A stretch of DNA of 64,000 nucleotides from an uncultured Bacilli bacterium (lineage in GTDB: Bacteria > Bacillota_I > Bacilli_A > RF39 > UBA660), in the NCBI GenBank assembly GCA_949451605.1, contig CASTSB010000003.1, positions 33,326 through 97,325 on the forward strand, in the 5' to 3' direction. Each line of letters opens with the position of its first letter. Position 1 is the stretch's first letter. A model generated the notes under the pieces. That model saw nothing but the letters and a program-made list of their open reading frames with translations. It had not been told where the DNA came from and did no database searches. Below are positions 39,335 to 46,618 of the stretch, in pieces. The position numbers and the translations under genes were made by a program.

Positions 39335-40570
39335 ATGATGAACTTTGTAAATATTACAGAAGAAGAATATGAAAAATTTTGGGAAAGTCACCCATGTAAA
39401 ACTTTTCTATCTAGTCCTAAAATTAGTAATCTACGAGAAAAGTCAAATTGGAAAACATATTTTGTCGGTGTAAAAGAAAGTGAAAAATTAATTGCCGCAA
39501 GTATGTTATTTTCTCACAAAAGACACTTTGGAGTAAATGAGTTCTATTCACCAAGAGGTCTTTTATTAGATTATAATAATGAGAAATTATTAAATTATTT
39601 TGTAAAAGAATTAAAGAAATTTGTAAAAGATAAAAAAGGCTATGTTTTAAGAATAGATCCATATGTTATCTATAAAGAAAGAGATATAGACGGAAACATA
39701 GTTGAAGGTGGTATTAATAACACTAAAGTTATTGATAATTTGAAAAAGTTAGGATTTAAGAAAGTTAGAAAAGAAGAAAAAGAACAAGTTGGATGGATGT
39801 TTTCTTTGAATTTGGAAGGAAAAACAGAGGAAGATATTTTAAAAGAGATGAAACCTAACACAAGAAATACGATTAGAAAAGCAGAAAAGATAGGTATTGA
39901 TGTTAAAGAAATATCCTATGAAGAACTGGATGAATTTCAAAAGATAATGATAGAAACAGGAGAAAGAAAAGGTTTCCACGTTAGAGATTTATCATATTTT
40001 CAAGAAATGTACAAACTTTTTTCCGATACAAATGAAGTTAAATATTATATTACTTCTCTTGATTTGGAGAATTATTCAAATTCTTTAGAAAATGAAAAAA
40101 AGGAAAAAGAAGAGAAAATTAGTTTATTAAGTGACGCTAAATATAATGAAGGACAAAAGAAAAATCTAAATAATGAAATTTTATCATTAGAGAAAAGAAT
40201 TGAAGAAGCTAAAGAAATAATGAAAAATACAGGCAAGAAAGTTATTAATTTATCAGGATCAATGTTTATGTTAATAAAACCTGAAGTTATATACTTGTCT
40301 AGTGGAAACTATGAAGAGTATATGAAATTTAATTCACAATACTTAATACAATGGGAACTTATAAAATATGGAATAAAAAATGGTTTCAAAAAGCACAATT
40401 TTTATGGAATTCCAGAGGATATTAATACTCATCCAAAAGATTATGGAATTTACGAATTTAAAAGAGGCTTTAATGGATATGTAGAAGAATTGATTGGGGA
40501 ATATGAATTACCAATAACTTTTCATTACAAAATATTTAAACTAATACACAAAATAAAAGGAGTAAAGTAG
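39335..40570 (+). CDS. FemAB family peptidoglycan interpeptide-bridge aminoacyltransferase
   Basis: N-terminus FVNITEEEYEKFWESHPCKTFLSSPKISNL, central coiled-coil insert, and C-terminal YGIYEFKRGFNG, typical of FemX/FemA/MurM proteins. The alternative ATG at 39338 is equally possible. Confidence 0.8.
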   Translation: MMNFVNITEEEYEKFWESHPCKTFLSSPKISNLREKSNWKTYFVGVKESEKLIAASMLFSHKRHFGVNEFYSPRGLLLDYNNEKLLNYFVKELKKFVKDKKGYVLRIDPYVIYKERDIDGNIVEGGINNTKVIDNLKKLGFKKVRKEEKEQVGWMFSLNLEGKTEEDILKEMKPNTRNTIRKAEKIGIDVKEISYEELDEFQKIMIETGERKGFHVRDLSYFQEMYKLFSDTNEVKYYITSLDLENYSNSLENEKKEKEEKISLLSDAKYNEGQKKNLNNEILSLEKRIEEAKEIMKNTGKKVINLSGSMFMLIKPEVIYLSSGNYEEYMKFNSQYLIQWELIKYGIKNGFKKHNFYGIPEDINTHPKDYGIYEFKRGFNGYVEELIGEYELPITFHYKIFKLIHKIKGVK

Positions 40571-40571
40571 T

Positions 40572-40820
40572 ATGCATAAAACTTATATCCCACAAGGAGT
40601 TTGTTCAAAGCAAATAGATTTCGATATTGAGGAAGGAAAAATTCATAATTTATCATTTATAGGTGGCTGCAATGGTAATTTAAAAGGAATAGCCGCTTTA
40701 GTAGAAAATCAAGATATTAACACTGTAAAAGAAAAATTAAAAGATATTAAATGTGGCTTTAAGAATACATCATGTCCAGCACAACTTGCTGCCGCTTTAG
40801 AAGAACTTAAAAATGATTAA
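40572..40820 (+). CDS. TSCPD domain protein (TIGR03905-like)
   Basis: GVCSKQIDFDIEEGKIHNLSFIGGCNGNLKGIAALV...CGFKNTSCPAQLA. Confidence 0.7.
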   Translation: MHKTYIPQGVCSKQIDFDIEEGKIHNLSFIGGCNGNLKGIAALVENQDINTVKEKLKDIKCGFKNTSCPAQLAAALEELKND

Positions 40821-40828
40821 AAAATAGT

Positions 40829-40857
40829 TGCAAAATACTTAAATTTGTATTATTCTC
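40829..40857 (+). promoter_or_regulatory. candidate sigma-A promoter for the uracil permease/upp unit
   Basis: TTGCAA, 17-nt spacer, TATTCT, upstream of the leader ORF. Confidence 0.35.
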
Positions 40858-40876
40858 ATATAGAGGGTGTGAAAAT

Positions 40877-40978
40877 ATGTCTAAGAAAGTAGTACCATTA
40901 TCATTAATTAAAAAAAGTAATGTTCTTACTTATTCTTTCTTATTCGTATTTTCTATTTTATCTTTATTTATTATTTAA
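40877..40978 (+). CDS. 33-codon leader-type small ORF (MSKKVVPLSLIKKSNVLTYSFLFVFSILSLFII)
   Basis: GAGGGTG lies 7-8 nt upstream of the ATG. The stop codon abuts the 5' arm of the terminator hairpin at 40979. Could be a leader peptide or a small membrane protein. Confidence 0.3.
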   Translation: MSKKVVPLSLIKKSNVLTYSFLFVFSILSLFII

Positions 40979-41010
40979 GAAGGTTATCGTTATCGATACC
41001 TTCTTTTATT
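40979..41010 (+). terminator. intrinsic terminator/attenuator in the uracil permease leader
   Basis: GAAGGT(T)ATCG-TTAT-CGATACCTTC: 10-bp stem with one bulge, followed by TTTTATT. Lies 36 nt upstream of the permease ATG. Confidence 0.55.
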
Positions 41011-41045
41011 ATGTAAAGAACCCTAAAGAAGAGAGGAGTAAAATT

Positions 41046-42470
41046 ATGAAAAGTAAGAGAATGACTTACGACGTCAATGAGCAACCACCAATTGGAAAGT
41101 GGATTGTTCTAGCAATACAACATGTATTCGCAATGTTTGGAGCTACAATATTAGTTCCTATCTTAGTAAATAGTGCAGCAGGTGAGGCTGTACTAACAAT
41201 TCCAGTAGCTTTAGTAGCATCAGGAATTGGTACATTAATCTACATTTTATGTACTAAAGGAAAATCACCAGTATATTTAGGAAGCTCATTTGCATTTATT
41301 GCACCACTTGCAGCAGCCTATCTAAAAGGTGGCATTTCAGGAGCCATGACAGGAGTAATGGCAGTAGGTCTAGTTTATGTTTTAGTAGCTATAATAATAA
41401 AATTTATAGGAAAAACATGGCTAGAAAAACTATTACCACCAGTAGTAATAGGACCAATGATTATGGTAATAGGTTTAGGACTTGCACCAAGTGCAATATC
41501 TCAAATGGGTCTTGCAAGTGGATCAGTACTAGAATGGAAAGTATTAGTAGTTGCACTAATTTCATTCTTAGTAACAGCATTTGTAATGACAAGAGCAAAA
41601 GGATTTTTAAAAATAATACCTTTCTTAATTGGAATTATTTCTGGTTACATAGCAGCAGTAGTTCTAGGAATGGTAGATTTCAAAACAGTATCAGAAGCAA
41701 GCTTTATAAGCATGCCAGAATTTGTATTCCCATTTATAAACTACAAACTTAATTTTGTAGCACTAATTACTATAGTTCCTATAGTATTTGTTACGCTTTG
41801 TGAACATATAGGAGATCATACTTCTTTAAGCAATATAATTGGAAAAGATCTACTTAAAGATCCAGGACTTGACAGAACATTACTAGGTGATGGTCTAGCA
41901 ACATTTGTAGCAGGTATGATTGGAGCACCAGCTAACACAACATATGGAGAAAACACATCAGTTGTAGGAATGACAAAAGTTGCATCTGTAAAAGTAATTG
42001 GTCTTGCTGCATTATTTGCTATAATAATTGGATTTTTAGGAAAATTTACAGCATTAGTTTCAACAATTCCTAATGCAGTATTAGGAGGAGTATCACTTCT
42101 ACTATATGGATTTATAGCAGTTAATGGTTTAAAAGTATTAATTAAAAATCAAGTAAATTTTGAAAATTCTAAAAATGTTGTAGTAGCATCTTCAATGTTA
42201 GTATTAGGATTAGGTGGAGCAGCAATATCAATAGTAAGTGGTGACCTTTCAGTTACAATATCTGGAATGAGTTTAGCTTCAATTGTTGGAATTCTTCTAA
42301 ATTTAATTTTAAAAGATGATCCAGAAGCTTTAGAACTTGATATAGTTGATCCTGATTATACTAGTGATGAAACAGTAGAAGAAGAAAAAAAAGAAGAAAA
42401 ACCAAAAAAGAAAACTCAAACAAAAAAGCAAGCTACTACAAAAAAGAAAAAAACTACAAAGAAAAAATAA
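41046..42470 (+). CDS. pyrP: uracil permease (NCS2/uracil-xanthine permease family) with Lys-rich C-terminal tail
   Basis: QHVFAMFGATILVPIL and GENTSVVGMTKVASV signatures. ATG at 41046 follows AGAGAGGAG. The track ORF start (40920) runs through the terminator and is rejected. Confidence 0.85.
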   Translation: MKSKRMTYDVNEQPPIGKWIVLAIQHVFAMFGATILVPILVNSAAGEAVLTIPVALVASGIGTLIYILCTKGKSPVYLGSSFAFIAPLAAAYLKGGISGAMTGVMAVGLVYVLVAIIIKFIGKTWLEKLLPPVVIGPMIMVIGLGLAPSAISQMGLASGSVLEWKVLVVALISFLVTAFVMTRAKGFLKIIPFLIGIISGYIAAVVLGMVDFKTVSEASFISMPEFVFPFINYKLNFVALITIVPIVFVTLCEHIGDHTSLSNIIGKDLLKDPGLDRTLLGDGLATFVAGMIGAPANTTYGENTSVVGMTKVASVKVIGLAALFAIIIGFLGKFTALVSTIPNAVLGGVSLLLYGFIAVNGLKVLIKNQVNFENSKNVVVASSMLVLGLGGAAISIVSGDLSVTISGMSLASIVGILLNLILKDDPEALELDIVDPDYTSDETVEEEKKEEKPKKKTQTKKQATTKKKKTTKKK

Positions 42471-42481
42471 GGAGGTAATAA

Positions 42482-43108
42482 ATGAAAGCAATTGAACTTA
42501 AACATCCTCTTATTGAACATAAATTAGCAATCTTAAGAGATGAAAAAACAGGAACAAAAGAGTTCAGAGAATTAATAAAAGAAATAGCAATGTTTTTATG
42601 CTATGAAGCAATGAAAAATGTTTCTTTAGAAAAAGTAACAATTAAAACTCCAATAAAAGAAATGAAAACAGCAAAATTAAATGAAGACAAATACGCATTT
42701 GTACCTATTTTAAGGGCTGGACTTGGAATGCTAGATGGAGTAATTACTGTAGTTCCAAATGCAAAAATAGGACATATTGGGATGTATAGAGATGAAGAAA
42801 CATTTAAACCTGTTAACTATTTTTATAAAGTTCCTAAAGGAATAGAAAAAAGAGAAGTATTTTTACTAGATCCTATGCTTGCAACAGGAGGAAGTGCAAT
42901 AGACGCTATAGATCTTTTAAAAGAAAATGGCGTTAAGAAGATAAACTTTTTATGTATTATTGCAGCTCCTGAAGGAATAAAAGTAGTAGAAGAAAAACAT
43001 CCAGATGTACAAATCTATTGTGCACATATTGATGAGAAATTAAATGAAAACAAATATATTGTCCCAGGATTAGGTGATGCTGGAGATAGAATATTTGGAA
43101 CAAAATAA
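42482..43108 (+). CDS. upp: uracil phosphoribosyltransferase
   Basis: VPILRAGLGMLDG...LLDPMLATGGSA...YIVPGLGDAGDRIFGTK. Confidence 0.95.
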   Translation: MKAIELKHPLIEHKLAILRDEKTGTKEFRELIKEIAMFLCYEAMKNVSLEKVTIKTPIKEMKTAKLNEDKYAFVPILRAGLGMLDGVITVVPNAKIGHIGMYRDEETFKPVNYFYKVPKGIEKREVFLLDPMLATGGSAIDAIDLLKENGVKKINFLCIIAAPEGIKVVEEKHPDVQIYCAHIDEKLNENKYIVPGLGDAGDRIFGTK

Positions 43109-43164
43109 AAAACGAATAAATTGACAAATCACTAGATTTAAGTAAAATTAAAGATGGTGATAAG

Positions 43165-43671
43165 ATGAAAGACATAGAAGATTTTTATAATAAAATAAAA
43201 AATATTAAATATGGATGGCTAGATAAAGAAAATAATATTCATGAAAATCTTAAAGAATATAAAGAAAAATTTATTATGCAAGATATTGATAACATAGAAA
43301 AGACTAATCATGCTGTTTGTTGGGAAATGTGTGAATTACAAAGAAGATTTTTTAATCAAAAAAATATTAATAATAAAACAATATTTGCTTACTTGAAAAA
43401 TAGTAGAAATAATGCTTGTCATACTTTCTCAATATTTGAACTTAATAATAAATGGTATTGGTTTGAAGCTTCTTGGCAAAATAAAAAGGGCATCCATGAA
43501 TTTAATAGTATTGAAGAAATTTTAGAATACTATAAAGATAATTTTATAGACTTTGCAAGAGAAGAGTATAATCGAGAAGACATGGAATTCTATGATTATA
43601 GCAAAGTAAATTCAGGAATTAATTGTACAGAATTTTATACCCATTGTCTATCAAGCTCAAAAATAAAATAA
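43165..43671 (+). CDS. hypothetical cytosolic protein, possible transglutaminase-like Cys-His-acid fold
   Basis: AVCWEMCELQRRFF ... ACHTFSIFELNNKWYWFEASW gives Cys, then His about 33 aa later, then Glu about 15 aa later, the spacing of transglutaminase-core proteins. Motif-level only. Confidence 0.35.
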   Translation: MKDIEDFYNKIKNIKYGWLDKENNIHENLKEYKEKFIMQDIDNIEKTNHAVCWEMCELQRRFFNQKNINNKTIFAYLKNSRNNACHTFSIFELNNKWYWFEASWQNKKGIHEFNSIEEILEYYKDNFIDFAREEYNREDMEFYDYSKVNSGINCTEFYTHCLSSSKIK

Positions 43672-43702
43672 CTAAGTATATAAACTACTTAGTTATTTTT
43701 TT
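43670..43702. terminator. bidirectional intrinsic terminator
   Basis: 10-bp stem TAACTAAGTA / TACTTAGTTA with a 7-nt loop. T-run downstream and A-run upstream, between convergent genes. Confidence 0.65.
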
Positions 43703-44190
43703 ATTAGAGATTTATTTTTATCATTATTTTTGTCATATCTATTAATAATTCTATTCATAATGCAACTTATATCATGTTCTGAAATAAAAGCACTTTTAGA
43801 ATTCAAATCTTTTAATTCATCAATCTTAATACCATAAAATCCAGTATTATAGTTTTCCTCATTAATAGTATTATTTGCTCGTTTTATCAATAATTCATCA
43901 TCTTTTAATTCAAAAGTAATTAATTCTTGTTCTTTATATTTTGTTTCATTATATATTACTTTATCTCCTAAGTATAGAGCTTTACCATATTTATAAATAT
44001 AGTCAACCCATTTTGCTCCACCAAGAATTAATTCTTCATCAGACAGTAAATCACCTTCACGTATATATCCATATATTTTTTTTGAATCAAAATAATCTAA
44101 ATCTAGTGTTTGTTTCTTCAAAGAATATGTCTTCTCCACTAATTTAATTGCATTATCAGTAAAAATAACTTTTTCTTTTAAAATTTCCAT
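43693..44190 (-). CDS. hypothetical protein
   Basis: ATG at 44190 lies 7 nt after GAGGGGTG on the minus strand (MEILKEKVIF...); the track start at 44205 overlaps that RBS. No motif recognised. Confidence 0.45.
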   Translation of the reverse strand: MEILKEKVIFTDNAIKLVEKTYSLKKQTLDLDYFDSKKIYGYIREGDLLSDEELILGGAKWVDYIYKYGKALYLGDKVIYNETKYKEQELITFELKDDELLIKRANNTINEENYNTGFYGIKIDELKDLNSKSAFISEHDISCIMNRIINRYDKNNDKNKSLIKK

Positions 44191-44432
44191 ATATTCACCC
44201 CTCATGATTGGATATTATATCATATTTTTATTATTTTTTCAATTTCTATTCGAGTACCGCAAAATATATTATGTATTTTAGAAAAAGAACTTTTATTTTT
44301 AATTTAACAAAAAATAATTAAAACATATTTAAAAAAAAACTTTGATGTGATAAAATTATCTTATAATAGCGATAAGAATAATCGGGGAAGGAATGTATGC
44401 TAGTTTTTTAACAGCAGACAAGTATTTTAATT

Positions 44433-45599
44433 ATGTCAAAAAGAAAGTACAATAATATATTAATCTTAGCATTATTTGCATTTTATATAATTTATTATAA
44501 AATTTTTATTTCTGCAAGTAAATTAGAGTATAGTGAGTTTATTAATGTAGCAGTTATTGCGATCATATCTTTTATTGCAGTATTATTGCTTGGATATCGA
44601 AAAGATAGAATAAATGATACAAAAAAATCAATTTTAAAAACTGTTTTAACAGACATTGTTATATTTTTAATAGTATCTTATGCTTTAGGAACAGTAACTG
44701 GTTTTACTACTAATGAAAATAATTATGAATTATCAATGATTATTAAAAATATATTTGCTCCTATTTGCTATATTGGAGTAATAGAACTATTTAGATATGT
44801 AACTGTTAATGCAAATTCTGATAAAAAAATTACAGTTTATTTAATAACAGCAGTTATTATTCTACTAGAGCTTGCAATGAATTTAAATGGTGTACTAATG
44901 TACAATTTTGAAACTACATTTAGAGCTATTTCTATGATTGTATTACCAATCATTATCAAAAATGCAACTTTAAGTTATTTAGCAATATATGGAGGTTTAA
45001 AATCTACTATATTGTACAGACTAATACTAGATCTATATGCATATATTTTACCAGCTATACCAAATTTAGGAGATTACATAACTTCTGTTATTGGTGTTCT
45101 TTTACCTACAATGGTTTATATTCATTCATCAAGAATTGTAGATAACGCAAATAGTATCGAGATTCTTGATGCAGAAGATGACAAAAAATCAAAGAAAAAA
45201 ATAAATATTAGTGATATTATTGTAACAATAATAATTATTCTTTTAGTAGGTTTAATTTCAGGCTACTTTAAATTTGCCATCATTGGAGTAGGATCTGGAT
45301 CAATGTCACCAGAAATAGAAAAAGGTGATGCAGTAGTTTATAAAAAAATTAAAAATAAAGAAGAATTAAAAGTAAACGATATATTAGTTTTCCAAAGTGG
45401 TAATAAAATAGTAATCCACAGATTAGTTGAAATTAAAAATAGTGGTGGAAAAACTTATTATATTACTAAAGGTGATGCTAATAATGGAAGAGATGGATTA
45501 AATCTAACTTTAGAAAATATCAAAGGAAAGGTAATGTTTAAGATAAAATATTTAGCTTATCCAAACTTATTCTTAAAAGATTTAGTAGATAAGGAGTAA
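44433..45599 (+). CDS. SipW-type (S26B, ER/archaeal-type) signal peptidase I fused to a ~260-aa polytopic N-terminal domain
   Basis: C-terminal boxes GSGSMSPEIEKGDAVV (Ser), IVIHRLVEI (His) and ITKGDANNGRDG (Asp), preceded by at least six hydrophobic segments. Confidence 0.7.
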   Translation: MSKRKYNNILILALFAFYIIYYKIFISASKLEYSEFINVAVIAIISFIAVLLLGYRKDRINDTKKSILKTVLTDIVIFLIVSYALGTVTGFTTNENNYELSMIIKNIFAPICYIGVIELFRYVTVNANSDKKITVYLITAVIILLELAMNLNGVLMYNFETTFRAISMIVLPIIIKNATLSYLAIYGGLKSTILYRLILDLYAYILPAIPNLGDYITSVIGVLLPTMVYIHSSRIVDNANSIEILDAEDDKKSKKKINISDIIVTIIIILLVGLISGYFKFAIIGVGSGSMSPEIEKGDAVVYKKIKNKEELKVNDILVFQSGNKIVIHRLVEIKNSGGKTYYITKGDANNGRDGLNLTLENIKGKVMFKIKYLAYPNLFLKDLVDKE

Positions 45600-45603
45600 A
45601 AAA

Positions 45604-46512
45604 ATGAAAAGGGAATTAAAAATAGGGGCATTGTCTTTACTTTTAATAGCACTTATTGGAATATCTATTTATTTATATTCCATAGGCTACTTAAATTTTG
45701 TAATTATAACAGCAACTTTTTCTGTAATTAACTTAATAATTTTAATTAATGTTATTATATCTACTAGATCAGAAGAAAGTCTTTATAATAGTAAAGTTAA
45801 ACAAATATTAAGAACATATGATGCTATTTTAGTAAAGAGTAATAATCATCCAAAGATTGATGAAAAAAATATAATTATAGTTGAGACATTTGAAGACTTA
45901 GTTGATGCACAAATGGAATTAAGGAAACCTATATATTATCAACAACAAACTGAATCATGTTCATTTGTTCTTTTAGATAATACTGAAGCCTGTGTATTTA
46001 TATTAAAGAAAAACCCATCTGTTGTCTGTCCTTTAGAAATAACTTTAAATGAAATAGAAATAAGGAATAATAGTGAATCAAAAAAAGAAGATTTACCAGA
46101 TGAGCTATTACAAAATATAGAGAAAACTACTATTGTTAGAGTAGGCAAAGGTCAATATTTAAAAGTTTCTCCTTTAAGAAAAAAGAAAGAGAAAAAAGAA
46201 GATTTATCTAATGAAACAATGGACTCAACTATTAAAAGAGAAGAAGAGATTCAACAACCAGCCATGAAAGAGGAAAATACTTCTCCAACAATTCCGACTG
46301 TACAAGAAAATATAGAAATTAAAAATCAACAACCAATAGTAGAAGTACCAGTAGAAAAAACAAATGACATACCAGTCGTACATGAAGAAGAGGTAACTGA
46401 TAATACATTATATAATGCAGAGCCACAAATAATTAAGAGTATGCCAACTGATATGCATTTAAATGAGCAAAAACAAGAATCAATAAAAGAAATTGAAGTC
46501 CTTGATTTATAA
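45604..46512 (+). CDS. hypothetical 2-TM membrane protein with Glu/Gln/Pro-rich tail, co-transcribed with the SipW-like gene
   Basis: AAGGAG RBS. Start is 4 nt after the upstream stop. Two N-terminal TMs, a globular region of about 130 aa, then a low-complexity acidic tail. Confidence 0.5.
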   Translation: MKRELKIGALSLLLIALIGISIYLYSIGYLNFVIITATFSVINLIILINVIISTRSEESLYNSKVKQILRTYDAILVKSNNHPKIDEKNIIIVETFEDLVDAQMELRKPIYYQQQTESCSFVLLDNTEACVFILKKNPSVVCPLEITLNEIEIRNNSESKKEDLPDELLQNIEKTTIVRVGKGQYLKVSPLRKKKEKKEDLSNETMDSTIKREEEIQQPAMKEENTSPTIPTVQENIEIKNQQPIVEVPVEKTNDIPVVHEEEVTDNTLYNAEPQIIKSMPTDMHLNEQKQESIKEIEVLDL

Positions 46513-46515
46513 CAA

Positions 46516-46538
46516 AAATAGTCTTATGACTATTTTTT
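46516..46538 (+). terminator. intrinsic terminator after the sipW-like operon
   Basis: AAATAGTC-TTAT-GACTATTT followed by TTT. Confidence 0.55.
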
Positions 46539-46618
46539 ATTTTTCTAAATATTGATAGAAACTATATAATTTGTTATACTAAATTAATAGAGTAAAGATG
46601 AATGAAAGGGATTTAATT

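Noticed and set aside
40855-40885. Possible PyrR binding loop (ATAGAGGGTG) in the pyrP leader
   Set aside because: It shares only the GAGG core with the PyrR consensus (UCCAGAGAGG), and that core doubles as the RBS of the small ORF. I could not build the expected anti-antiterminator stem by eye. Left as an open check in the findings.
40920-41045. N-terminal 42-codon extension of the uracil permease ORF given in the track
   Set aside because: The extension reads through the leader terminator hairpin and T-tract and encodes FLLILSYSYFLFYLYLLF-type filler. A strong AGAGAGGAG RBS precedes the internal ATG at 41046, where NCS2 homology begins.
41417-41752. 111-aa same-strand alternate-frame ORF inside the uracil permease gene
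   Set aside because: It overlaps a gene with unmistakable NCS2 motifs in another frame and has no RBS. The composition looks like frame-shifted membrane-protein coding sequence.
44385-44432. Strong SD-like GGGGAAGGAA followed by mini-ORFs (ATG CTA GTT TTT TAA at 44397; a 20-codon ORF from 44393) just upstream of the SipW-like gene, whose own ATG lacks a good RBS
   Set aside because: Spacing to either ATG is poor (0-5 nt) and the peptides are trivial. This could be a leader or translational-coupling feature, but there is too little evidence to call it.
44433-45210. CPBP/CAAX-protease-like motif (IELFRY) in the N-terminal domain of the SipW fusion
   Set aside because: Only one Glu is present where CPBP proteases need EExxxR, and the FxxxH and HxxxN motifs are absent. 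The domain remains unassigned.
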